DNA of 64,000 nt from assembly GCA_951406725.2 (NCBI GenBank), contig OX597815.1:54808001-54872000 (forward strand). The letters run 5' to 3'. Shown in pieces: positions 1 through 12,986 of this stretch; the first letter of the stretch is position 1; each line of letters starts with the position of its first letter. This DNA comes from Octopus vulgaris (lineage: Eukaryota). The notes under the pieces were generated by a model. The model had not been told where the DNA came from, made no database searches, and saw only the letters and a program-made list of their open reading frames with translations. The position numbers were made by a program, and so were the translations under genes.

Positions 1-61
1 ACTTTTATATCATGAAGAGACAAAAGCCAATTGCACTCCTCTTTCTTAATGTACAGAATAT

Positions 62-250
62 TGGTTTCAAATTTTGGCTAAAGGCCAGCAATTGCGAGTG
101 GAAGCGTAACCGGTATTTATTTTATTGACCCCGAACAATGAAAGGCAAATTCGACCGCGGAGGAATTTGAACTCAGAATGTAAAGATGGATGAAATGCTA
201 CTAAGCATTTTATCCGGCACAATAACGATTCTGCCAGCTCGCCGCCTTAT
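62..250 (-). mobile_element. tRNA-derived SINE (abundant family with CTTTCATCCTTTCGGGGTCGATAAA-type central domain)
   Basis: Reverse complement reads GGCGGCGAGCTGGCAGAATCG...GAGTTCAAATTCC (A/B-box-like). The family recurs at ~17415, 18365, 25600, 29105, 38990, 40990, 50720 and 51285. Confidence 0.75.
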
Positions 251-1089
251 TAATGTACAGAATGTTGATTTCTAAATTTAGCAGGAGACTCCAAATTCTT
301 CGACAGCAATATTTCGCCTATCACCACCCAATATGCCACAGCTTTCAATGATTATTGACCTTTAACATTTGTAAGATTTGGGGGCTAATTATCTGCGAAG
401 TGCCATCATTTCAGGCGTGTGGACTTGGACCCAGGGGAAATTATATGTATTTCTCAACAAGGTCACCCGACAACCGTGTTGTAAATCGAACCAATGACTT
501 ATGTTTGTGAATGTAACATGAAATTAGGCTATTAGGCTCACGTTTCAAATTTTGCTGGTGCATATTTTAGATCAGAACGGAAAAAAATATGTATCTTAGC
601 ACTGAAAACATATTGTATCACCATACTGCTAGCATTGGTCCACGCACATTAACATTTCAAAAATGCACTTCATTCAAGTTTTTCCTTTTCCCAAATGGTT
701 AAGTTAAGAAGGATATAATTTTCACAGATTTATGGTATTGAAGTGACTGTCTATCGATTTACTAATTGAAGATATTTACTTCTTGGATAAATTCTTATCA
801 ACTCCCGAGTCAAGGTGGGAACAGCAAGTTCCCACGGTTTTTTATGCTATCTAATAGCAGTCAAATTTCCTTGAAATTTTTTAAGTATGGAATGACACAA
901 TTTATAAAGTGTCCGGGGAAGGATATGATGGTCACAAATGAGACAGCTTTCACATAGCTTTGTTCTATGAAGACTGATTTGAGGCTTAACAATAATTACA
1001 ACAAAACTAGAGAGAGACGAGGTAGAGAACGTGAGAGGTAGTGCAATATTTGTATACCTGTTGTATTTCTCAATATTCACTTTCTACAC

Positions 1090-2560
1090 GTATCTCATTA
1101 TGTGTCAACCCTATAAACATCGTTAATAGCCAACACATGTCGACACTTTTTCCATTCACTCCTGAGTATTAAAAAAATCATGTGCGTTGTTTTTTTTTTC
1201 TTTCGAAGTTACCAACATGAGCTCGATAATCTTATTACAATTTATACTTGGGTATCTAATATGCCAATTTTTCTTGGACAATGGAACTTGATTTACAACA
1301 TAAGAGAGACACCATGTCAATTTATCGTAATAAATTTAGCTGTATGTTGTAGGTGTGGATCTCGTGCTGCAATAAAAATCATTCGGTCACGGCTGTGAGT
1401 TATGCGCTTCTCAACCCCTGCTGAGATTCTTCTCCGTTTAATCTTATCAGATATTAGTCTTGTAGGCTGTTTTCTTGCAACCGTCTAAGATAGAAATTTC
1501 TATCTTAGTTTTTTTTAACAAATTTTGTTGTTATTTAGGCATTCTCTTCATATCGATCTGTTACCTTAGCCTCTTTTTTATATTTATTGGCTTCCTTGAG
1601 GACAAGTTTCTGTTCTGATCATGTTTTATCCTTTACTGGATATTTTTGTAGTTCTATGATAGATTATCATAATTTTCGAGATAGTGAAGGCTCTTCCTTC
1701 CTCTATTCGTAGTAAATATAAGTTTGCTGAGAGGAGCTTTAGAAAAAATGCATTGCTCTTGATGTACTGAGTTCAAATTCCGCCAAGATCAACTTTGCCT
1801 TTCATACTTCTGGGTCGATGAAATAAATTGCCAGTCAAGTATCGGAAAACACTCTTGTTTCAAACGTGCCAGCATGTGCCCTAAATTAGAAACGATTTTT
1901 TTTCTTGTTTTCTTGCCTGATCTTGTTAATTCACTTAGCGTCCAGGCAAGAATATCATAACAATAAATTATTAATGAGATAACTAATGTATCGATTCCTA
2001 ATATTCTATTCATAATATTAAATGTTTAAAGTACTAATTTTATGTCTGTAAAATCTTTTGTTGAGTTTGTGCGTTGTACACAGTCAAGTTCATTAACTCC
2101 TAAGTATGCGTAAGTCTATGTTTAGAATTCTCATACCATTGATTCTTTATCTAACATTGTATTAGTGGTATTCATTCATTCCTGTTCTTTCGAACTCGCT
2201 TTAGCATATTCTTTTAAACCGAATTCCATATAATTTCTTCTACTGTCTCTAATAATAGCTGTAGTCGTTCTTCTGCGGTTGTAACTTGAGGTCATCCAGA
2301 TATAAAGGATAGTTTATTGTTCCTCCCATCGCATTTATATTCGAATCCAGTTTGTTTAACATGTTAGCTAGAGATACTAAAAGGAAAGAAACAGATAGAA
2401 GGAATCTCTTTGAAATATTCATCTAAGATATTTCGTTCTTAAAAGAAATTCGCTTTCAAAATTCCCCTTTCCTTGTATCTGCAGAATTGTTATTTATTCA
2501 TGACATGGTTAATGTATATAAACAAAAACACTTGCATTACGGGCTCGCAAACTCTTCTGT
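1090..2560 (-). pseudogene. Degenerate R4/Dong-clade non-LTR retrotransposon RT remnant
   Basis: Minus strand encodes YLDDLKL (~2282-2303; cf. YMDDLKL), MEFGL, YAYLG and NRILGIDTLVISLIIYCYDILAWTLSELTRSGKKTRK (ORF 1789-2013), in R4/Dong RT/thumb order. Many stops; interrupted by a SINE piece near 1755-1900. Confidence 0.65.
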
Positions 2561-3869
2561 CTAAAAAGAATTTTTTTCCATCACCCATCCCCACCATCTG
2601 CTATTTATCTCTATCATGTGATTCTGCCCATCCCTTTCGTGCCATACGTTCTAACTAACTCACTTCGACAGATTTTACCTGGTTGTTTTTACACCCCACC
2701 TCTGTGGAATTTACTACTTCTTCACATCCAGCGTATTTTTTTAAAAGAAAGTATTTTTCTTTCTTCCGTGAGAAACGCTTTATACTCTGGTGAACCAACA
2801 CTATTCTATCGCATTCCTCTTGCCTATGTGCGTCACCCAATTTCCTTTACAAGTTACTCTCCATACATAGGACACTCCTACCACAAATGACTTGTGATTT
2901 TTTTATATGATTTTTCTCCACATGCAGAACGCGTAAATTTTTATTCTAGTGCTTTATAGTAATTAATTTATCTCCAATTTTTTTTTACTCCTCTAATCGC
3001 TTTGAGCGCGCATCTTTTTCTCATTTTCGCTTCTCTTATTCATACCTTCCTTCCATATAACAGCGTCTCACACCCACATTCTTGAACCCACTTCCGTCAA
3101 ACCCTCTACTAGCGCCTGCTTCCACCTCAATTCCACGCTTTCCTTACACACTTACACACACACACACACACACACACCAAAACCTCGCGACCTCACTTAT
3201 CCACTCCACAATATTTCTGCACTTGTAAACCTCTTCTCAAGAATATATACACCACAAAACAAATACACACTCCTCTGACATATGCCCCTCTCTAAATACG
3301 GTTACACTTTACCTGAAGGCATTTTTATTGTTTGCCATGCCACCTAAAACTACAACATCAATACAAGAGGTTTTATAGCAATAAAGCTATAGGATAGCAT
3401 TCTAAAAACATTGTATCTATCTTGTTTATGCATACACACGTGTGCGTATGTGCATGTGTCTGTCTGTCTGTGTGCGTGTATACGTATGCGTTACCAATGA
3501 CGAGGTAACTTAAAACTACTAGCGAAAGCATTGTACATGGTAATACCAAGATACGAAGTCATGTTCTTTAATGAGTGACAGCTGTAAATATTCATACATA
3601 CATACTTACATACATTTACATATATACCAATAATAACTGGTGCAATAAGTTTTGTGATAATCTGGAAAAGTTGGAATTTCCAGAAAAAGAAATCAATATG
3701 CAAGTTGTAAGGAGAGCAGTTAAAATATGCGTGGCTTTTCTCATGGTGAAAGTGCGAATAGTTCTTGTTAGCTGCATTCCAGCGATAAAACTTTATGTCT
3801 ATGTTAAAAGCCAACTCTTTCCTTACAGGAAAGACTTACATTAGTTAAAACAGAAGAGAGCACACAAAC

Positions 3870-3900
<31 letters not shown>

Positions 3901-3910
3901 CACACACATA

Positions 3911-3946
<36 letters not shown>

Positions 3947-3959
3947 GTATATTTGTGTG

Positions 3960-4007
<48 letters not shown>

Positions 4008-4008
<1 letters not shown>

Positions 4009-4341
4009 TTTATTTTTTACTTGTTTCAGTTATTAGACTGTGGCTATGCTGGGGCACCGCCTTGAACAATTATTTTAGTCGAATGAATCGATGATAGTAC
4101 TTATTTTCCGATAAGCCTACTACTTATAGGGGACGTAAGCACACCAACACCGGTTGTCAAGCGGTGGCGGGGAACTAACAAAAACACAAAGACACATACA
4201 CACACACCCATACGGAAATGTCAAACGACGAGAATGAGTGCTCAACACTGCATTGGCCGATAGAATTTCTTTATTGGCGTGTTGATGCTACTATTGTTCC
4301 ATGTTAAGAAAATCATTATATCTTAACAATTTTGGCTGAAA

Positions 4342-4419
<78 letters not shown>

Positions 4420-4560
4420 CGGGCTTCTTTCAGTTTCCGTCTACCAAATCCACTCACATGGCTTTGGTCGGCCCGAGGCTATAGTAGAAAACATTTACCC
4501 AAGATACCACTCAGTGAGATTGAACTCAGAATCATGTGGTTGGAAAGCAAGCTTACATAC
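4008..4560 (-). mobile_element. CORE-type tRNA SINE with internal microsatellite
   Basis: Matches the family at 25237-25580 and 53490-53902 (head ...ACCACATG..., GTAGACGGAAACTGAAAGAAGCCCGTC, tail CTGAAACAAGTAAAA). Confidence 0.7.
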
Positions 4561-6314
4561 TGTATAAAGGATTATATTATCAATGAATGAAACAGTCATC
4601 TAAATGCTTAGAAGCCCCAGATTTGTGTTTTGTTTGCAAAGTCAAATATCCTTAAAAATCCGTCAAAGTCACTACAAACTGCGCTTTCTTGAACACTAGA
4701 CGTCGATGCACATTTCGAAGGATAGTTTATTCGACAATATTTCTATTTGGCTTGAAGCCAGGTTGAAAAATTAGCAATAATTCCTAGTCCTGCGGGTAAT
4801 GCTCGATTAAAAGGCTTGTCACTTGTGCACAACTGATAATTCTTTTTCTGCCTCATTTTATGACCATTTGGGGTAATCAGTATTTTAGATGTTCTACAGT
4901 ATGATATTACTCTGTACTAGACGTTAATGGAGCGACCTTTCTACCGATGATAGACAAGCTACGGAATTGTCAGTGATCCACATTCAACATGAGAGGGAGA
5001 TATCCAGTTATCTTGTAAAGCGTTTACAACTGCTATAGTGCAATAGTGTATGACGAACGACTCACAAAAAACATGCACAGAAAATTAGCAATGTTTATAC
5101 AACCTAAATTACAACATTGCTGCATGGTGACAGCTGTTTAGTTTGCTAAGTACTTAGAATGTATAAGTATATAAGTGAGTTCATGGTTGGTTGAGTCAAG
5201 TGATGTATTTGTATGTATAATAGTACTTGCGTGTGTAAATGTGTTTATTTAACTTGCCGTGTGTGACTGTTTTTTCATATGAGTGTGCGTGACTATATGT
5301 TAATATGTGTATGTGGGTGGATGTATGTGTGTATGCGTATGCGGTTAAGTGTTTAAGTGCATGTTGAATACATCTGATATAATAAGTGAAAATTATTATT
5401 TTTTAAAGACCAAATATACTCTTTACTCTTTTACTTGTTTCAGTCATGTGACTGTGGTCATGATGGGGCACCGCCTTTAGTCGATCAAATCGATCCCAGG
5501 ACTTATTCTTTGTAAGCCTAGTACTTATTTTATCGGTCTATCGAAAGTATATTTATAAAAGTATCTTTTTATTTGTTGCTTTTTTTTTTGTATTTCATTT
5601 TTACTATCTGAAGGAATGTCATCTGTTTGAACGGCAAAAATCAAAATGTTTCAGCCACGTTAGTCTTCTCTGTCCCTTCTACTTATGGAATTAATTATTT
5701 TATGAACCTACTGCAAGACCCCTTCCACATATACCCACATGTTTTCTTCAAAATTCGTCAATCTGAACATCAACAACATCAATCTGCTTCATCTTGAAAA
5801 GAGTAGTTGCCAGGTCAGTCTATAATAGAAAGTAAAATGAAAGGAAGAATGCAAGTCTTCTGTCAATAATTGGAACTGCACCGTTCCATTATATTTTAAT
5901 CGTAAATTATCTTTGAAATAGCTTCTTACGTTGGAACAAGTTTCGAGGAACGGATGTACTCGCCTCATTTGACCCTAAAGGATACAACTGAGGCAAGATA
6001 TGTGAGGGAATATAATTTGGCAGCTATTTCATGCGAGTCGAGCGACCGCGTTAAGACTTCCTTGTTGGATTACGAGTGGGTGTAAGTTTAATGATACAAC
6101 AAGCAGACCATTGTGTGGTGAGGAGGTGGGAAACAACTTAATAACTATCGTTTTGAGTTATTTTACATACTCTCTCTGCCTCTCGTTCTAACTCACTCTC
6201 TCTTTCTTTTCTCTGTCTCTCTCACCTTCTCTCTCCCTCCCCCTCTCTATATATATTTATATATGTATATATGTGTGTATGTATATATATGTATGCATGT
6301 ATATATATATACAC

Positions 6315-6385
<71 letters not shown>

Positions 6386-6489
6386 GTTAATCCAAACAAG
6401 AAAACACAAAAAAAAACACAACGCGAGGACGTGGAACAAATATAGTATTATTGGACGCTCAGGATTAGCAATAATCCTGAAGAAGGATG

Positions 6490-6524
6490 GTTTAACGTTT
6501 CAAGCGGAGCTCTTCGTCGGAAAC
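6490..6524 (-). ncRNA. Minimal type I hammerhead ribozyme motif in a PLE-like fragment (6386-6568)
   Basis: Minus strand: GTTT-CCGACGA-A-GAGC-TCC-GCTT-GAAA-CG-TT-AAAC. Palindromic ACGT stem III; fragment flanked by (TA)n. Confidence 0.55.
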
Positions 6525-6564
6525 ATAGGAGAAGGAAAGATCCAGAGAAGGGAAGACAGAGGAA

Positions 6565-6626
<62 letters not shown>

Positions 6627-6630
<4 letters not shown>

Positions 6631-7870
6631 GTCATTAAGAATGAAATGTCTGATTTTGAACGGAAAGTTTATTTTACTTTATCTCAACAAAAAACAAAGC
6701 AACAAAAAGCAATCAAAGTATGCGCCTAAATTATCAACACAATTTTGCCATTTTATCGGTAGCTTATTTATGCCGACAGGGAAGAATTCTGGGGAGCAAA
6801 AGGTAATGAAATCACGAAAGGATGTTTTTGCATTTTCTCCAGATTTGAAGTAGTTTTTTTCTTGCAAAAAGTTGTCCCATGACTGGAAAACGTGATAGTC
6901 AGTTGGTGCAAGGTCTGGTGAATATAGTGGATGACAGAGTACTTCCAAGTTCAATTCATGTATCTTGAGTAGCGTTCTTTGTGCAACATGTGGCCAAGCA
7001 TTGTCTTGCAAGGGAATTGGCCTGTCTCTATTGACCAATCTCGGTTGCATAATTGCAAGTTCACTCATCTTTTCATTCAACTGGTTGATGTATACATCCG
7101 CTGTAATTGACTTCTCATGAAGCTGTAGCGGATGACACCAACGCAGGACCACCAAACAGACACCGTTAGCTTTTTTTTTTTATGAATATCCTTTTTTTCT
7201 TTATTGTGTTTTGACATTTCATCTCTATCTAACCACCATGCAAAACGCTTGCTATTGTTGAAAAACATCTATTTTTCGTCACACGTAACAATACGACGCA
7301 AAAATGGTTCGCTTTTATGCCGCGACAGCAAAGAACAGTAAGTTTCAAGACGACGTGTCATTTGATGCTCGTTCAGTTCGTATGGTGCCCACTTGTCTAG
7401 CTTCTTCACATTGCCGATTTGTTTCAGATAGTCCAATACAGTTGGAATCGAAACATCAAAACTTGCTGCTAACTCACGCATAGTCTGAGATGTATCCACT
7501 TCCACTACAGTTTCCAGCTCATCATTAATCACCTTGGTCTCAGGTCTACCATGGGGTTGATTTTCAGGAGTAAAGTCACCAAACCGGAACTTCTCCAACC
7601 ATCGATGTACAGTGCACTCATTCGCCACGTCTTCACCAAACACCTCATTGATGTTTCGAGCTGTCTGGGATGCATTGGTTCCACAACGGAACACGATTTT
7701 TTTTTATCTATCCATGGTTTCACAAAAATTGATTTACAAGAGAAAACTCATAATATAATCAAACACGATTAATTGCATTTCAAAAACTGATGATGTAACT
7801 CTTCAATGTTGTAAAACAAAGAATTGTCAGGATAAAACATAAGAGTTAACGACTGTCAGACTTAGTGCAT
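6627..7870 (-). mobile_element. Mariner (DD34D) transposon, transposase disrupted
   Basis: ORFs 7269-7694 (HTH, WAPYEL, RIVTCDEK) and 6679-7155 (QDNAWPH, YSPDLAPTDYHVF). Stop and frameshifts present; begins in (TA)n. Confidence 0.9.
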
Positions 7871-8959
7871 AGAATTTATTAGTTAAGACCGTCAAAAGGA
7901 TTAAATCTATCCATTTACTGTTGCCATTTGATTTGATAATCAGTAATTTTCCACAGAGGTAATCTAAGTATTGGATCAACTTTAAACACTCTGTAGTTCA
8001 TAAACATTGAAAGCAGCATTGTACTATATCAACAGAGCATGTACAAATTCATTCAGTTGGAATTGACAGCTTACAAGCATTTTGTGCAGGGTCCATAGCA
8101 TATGGCATCATGCTAGGTTAATCCTGACCCGGGTGTGCCTAGTAGACCTTTATGGATCTGAGTGTTGACCTATAAATATGAAGAGGTACTGCATGCCATG
8201 GAAATGCAGAAGCTTCGCTGTGCTCTGGGCATGACTCGTCGATGTGTGGGTAGTTATGAGAATGGCGCCCATCATTGACAATATGTGTGCCATGCGTCTC
8301 CGAGGAATGCATATGTGAGATGCAGTGATGAGCATTCGGTAACCAAAACAACAATGAGAATCACTTCAAATGAACGATTACTGAGCGGACAGTAAAATAA
8401 ACGAGTTAACCCCTCTAAGCTGCCTTCAACCTGATCGAGTGGAAGAAGGTAAGCGAGAATGTAGACTCCATTCGAGGTACAACACACGTTAGGTTATTAT
8501 TATGTGTGTATCAGTCTGTGTACGTGGGTAGGTGTACGTGTGTGGTCGTATGTTTGTGCGTGTATGTGTGTGTGCGGGGGTGTGTATGTCTTTCCTCTCT
8601 CTGTCTGTCTGTCTCTTTCTCTCTCTCTCCTTCTTTTTCTCTTCCCCCTATCTCCCTCTTGCTAGCTTCCCTGACTGACTAGTTTAAGCTCGTTTGCTGA
8701 CTGACAGCAAGCTTAGTAGTGGGTTCTGTTTATAGTCTTTTTTTTCTGCTTGCTATCTTTGTTTTATGAAGAGGTGTGATAAAGCATAGTTACATATATA
8801 AGACACAAATAACAAGCAGCAGTAGAAACATCGTCAGCGACGCGACAACGAGAGGCCACATACATATATAGATAGACAGAACCAACATCGAAAGCGACAA
8901 CAGAGGAAAGAAAGTAATTACGAATAGCGACTTCCAGCATTTCTACCATGTTAGTAGAT

Positions 8960-9013
<54 letters not shown>

Positions 9014-9206
9014 GTACAAAACCAAATATATTGCACCCAAAGCATAACACCAACATGAACTTCTAACTTGTCTCTTGAGGTCTCTGGGTGAGACTTGGAA
9101 CCAACTTGTACAAATGCAAAACAAAAGTCAAAGATAAAATAATAATAATGATGACGATGATGATGATAATTAACAACAGTACGTTGTAATACCAAGATAT
9201 ATACAT

Positions 9207-9242
<36 letters not shown>

Positions 9243-9278
9243 TGGTAAAAACGGTAAGATAACAAATGAAAGAAATAC

Positions 9279-9313
<35 letters not shown>

Positions 9314-9729
9314 TAAATTGTATCGCCCATCAAACGACCATGCACGTCATTTATATATATATATAAACAATCATATGCGTTCACATGCACACGGACACAC
9401 ACACACACACACACATACACATAAATATATTTGTGCGCATGCATGTACACGCACACACACACACGCATATGTATGTATGTATGTATGTATGTACTAGCTC
9501 ACATAAGAGAGATGAGATAGATGTTTTTTATATACCGTATGCTTGTGTGCGTGTGTGCGCGTGTGTATGTCTCTAATAGTAGTAAACTTGTTTACCGTTT
9601 TTCCAAACTCATATTACTTTTTAATCACTTGATTTAATATTATATTTTTACTTTGTTTTATTTCCTTTTTAACATGCCTAGTTTTCTTTTTCGTATTTTT
9701 ATCCATAAACTAGATACAGACGCTTGACA

Positions 9730-10093
9730 ATGGAAGAGAGGGCTCAAAAACTCATCGAATTTCTTCGAAATGAATGCATTAAACGGGGATGTACATCAGG
9801 TATTAAAGGTCTGGGTCTCATTTTCCGATCAATGGACATCGATTTTTCTAAAAGATTATGCTTCGATGAACTGAAACTCGGTATCCAGAGATATGGAATT
9901 GAGATTAGCGATTCTGATCTGCTTATACTTTTCAATGCCATAGATATAGACAATAATAAAACTATTGATTTTGGTGAATTCATGCATAAGTTACGCCCAC
10001 CACTGACAGGAATTCGCCTGGCTGTTGTCAAAGAAGCATTTCAAAACTTAGATGTTAATAACGACACTGTAATTGCTGTGGACGATCTCAAAG
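9730..10093 (+). CDS. Calcyphosin-like EF-hand protein, coding exon 1
   Basis: MEERAQKLIEFLRNECIKRGCTSGIKGLGLIFRSMD...LRPPL...DDLK matches the calcyphosin (CAPS/CAPSL) pattern with 3 EF loops. Acceptor TAG at 9711-9713 follows a pyrimidine tract, implying an upstream UTR exon. Donor AAG|GTAAGA after 10093, phase 1. Confidence 0.92.
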
Positions 10094-10801
10094 GTAAGAA
10101 GCAAAACACTTTGTTTATTATGTTATTTATACCGCAATGTTTTGTATTGAGGAGGCCCTCGTGGCGAAATACAGAAATTATTTTGTTCTGAGTTTAAGTC
10201 CCATCGAGATCGTGTTTGCTTTCAGGATCGATTTCATCGATTATATCCAACCCTAGGTTTTGTGCCTATGTTAGAAAGTGTTGGCAGCGGAACTGTTTGA
10301 ATATCAGACAAAATGCTTCGTGATATTTAATTGCGGCCCTTTATGATCTGAGTTCACGACCTGCCCAGGTCACCTGAAACTTACATCCTTCAGAGATCGC
10401 TAAAAAAAAATCCCGAGATCGATTTAGTTGACTAGCAGCCTTTTTCTTCGTATATGTGGCACCGGGCCAGTCAGAAATTGTTATGTTAATGGTCATGGAC
10501 TAAATACCATGCGGTATTTTGTTATTCATTGTAAATATTGTATAGTTATTGTATTTAGCTATTGTTTGTATTGTACAAAGGCATAATAACTCTTAATAAA
10601 TTGTATTAGAAATGTATATAATCTAATGTAGTTAGTCATAAACGCATACAATCGGTCGATAAAGACTAAATAGGCATAACGTTTAAACTGTCATGAGCAC
10701 ACATACACATACATACTACGTTCATACACATAACCATACACACACATACACGCGCAAATGCACACTTGCACAATGTGTGCGTGCGTATGCGTGTGCGTGA
10801 T

Positions 10802-10835
<34 letters not shown>

Positions 10836-12102
10836 CGCGTGCTCTGAACGTTTACAAAAGTTATCATCAACTAGCCTAGATTTAATGTCAATATACATAA
10901 ACGAATACTTGTGGTGCTTGTATACATATACACGCATACATACATGTATGCACGCATGCCTACATGCATACATACATACATACAAACATGCATACATGCA
11001 TACGTACATGCATGCATACATGCATACATACATACAAACATACATACATGCATGCATGCAGACGTACATACATGCATACATACAAACATACATACATGCA
11101 TGCATGCATACATACATACATACATACATACATACATACATACATACATACATACATACATACACACATGCATGCATACATGCATACATGCACGCATAAA
11201 ATTCAATATCCAATTCAGTAAATAGCTAATACGTATTTTGATGTTACATAGGCCCAATTTCTGCATGCCTTTCACTTTCAATTTAACACTGACTTAAACG
11301 ACGCATCGTGAATTCCATCCTCAAATATTGTCAAGAATACAAAATGATTTGAGCCATTCGCCCAGTGTCCTTATTGAGTGAGGAGTGTGCTCGTTCTCTT
11401 CAGATAAATTAATTACTTTTTTGAATGTACGTATAAAAATTAGTAATTTATGTACGTATATAAATTAGTGCGCGCATGTGTGTTGCGCGCGCACACACAC
11501 ACGTGCATATGTGTGTGTATATGTGTATGTATGTATGTGTGTGTGTGTGTGAACACAGTTATATAAAAGATATAATCTACCGTATGATGTATATAATAAC
11601 GTTGTTGCTACAGCCCACTCCTACAATTCTCATAAATGTAATTACGTAAATACACTAAATCGTTTGCCTTTGGTATTTGGGTTAATTTTCAAAGAATTGT
11701 CATAGCCGTATGATTAAAATGTTGGTTTCGCATCAACGTGGTCTTGAGCTCTATCCCACTGCGTGGTATCTTGGGCAAATGCCAATTTCTATAGCCTCGG
11801 CTTGACCCATAATTTTCTGAGTAAAACTAGGTAAATGGACTCTGTAAAGAACCCATCGGGTGGATTTATCAGTAAATCAAAAGGGTACAGCCTGTCAGTG
11901 CAATAATCGACCACTTACACATGAATTCGGGTGCAAGTAATTCATATTACCGAAAAAATGGATCCGCCTCGTCGAACGACTGTGGTCCATAACTATAAAA
12001 CAGCAATAATGAATGCAGGATTTATATATGCATGTCTGTGTGTGTATCATGCGTGTGAGTATGAGTATGCTTCTGTAAGTATGTGTAAGTTTATATGATA
12101 TG

Positions 12103-12144
<42 letters not shown>

Positions 12145-12346
12145 ACACACGCACACACACAGAGGTTTGTTTTGTGTCTGAACATGTAGAGCATCTGTAT
12201 GTGTGTGTGTGTGTGTGTGTAAGTGTGTGTATGCGCATGTGTGTGTGATATAAACTCACACATACTGAAGCACACTCACACGCATAATACACACAGAGAC
12301 ATACATATAAATAAATGTGCGTGTAGCTTTGTGCGTATATATATAT

Positions 12347-12410
<64 letters not shown>

Positions 12411-12415
<5 letters not shown>

Positions 12416-12745
12416 CTTTATTACCCACAGGGGGCTAAACATAGAGGGTACAAACAAGGACAAAGTATTAAGTCGATTATATCGACCCCAGTGCGTAACT
12501 GGTACTTAATTTATCGACCCCGAAAGGATGAAAGGCAAAGTCGACCTCGGCAGAATTTGAACTCAGAACGTTTCGTCTGCCGCTACGTTCTGAGTTCAAA
12601 TTCTGCCGAGGTCTGGTCGACTTTGCCTTTCATCCTTTCGGGATCGATAAATTAAGTACCAGTTACGCACTGGGGTCGATATAATCGACTTAATACTTTG
12701 TCCTTGTTTGTCTCCTCTATGTTTAGCCCCTTGTGGGTAATAAAG

Positions 12746-12750
<5 letters not shown>
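12411..12750. mobile_element. Head-to-head inverted pair of 5'-truncated SINEs forming a ~340-bp palindrome in (TA)n
   Basis: 12411-12571 is the near-perfect reverse complement of ~12585-12750; both arms end in the tail GTTTAGCCCC..GTGGGTAATAAAGAAATA. Confidence 0.85.
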
Positions 12751-12806
<56 letters not shown>

Positions 12807-12986
12807 ACAGGACTGTCACGTTAAGTTGACAGTATACAACCACTCTATCGCTCCACCACCGTACATATCTCTATGAGATATTTAGAAATTTAATATTTCT
12901 GATTTTGGTGATCAGTGAATAAACTTCACTGAAAATATATATATATTTGCGAAGTCTAGACAAATATCTTCAGCGAGCAGGCCTTT

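Noticed and set aside
5116-5180. Possible RFX X-box-like motif (ATTGCTGCATGGTGAC) and GTGAGT donor for a calcyphosin 5'UTR exon
   Set aside because: Weak match to consensus and no transcript evidence; such motifs arise by chance.
7900-8490. Non-repetitive, coding-looking stretch with short ORFs
   Set aside because: No recognisable motif and several stops; cannot assign.
8764-12655. Many long ORFs rich in YI/CV/HT/MY
   Set aside because: Translations of (TA)n, (CA)n and (CATA)n microsatellites, not genes (the calcyphosin exon is the exception).
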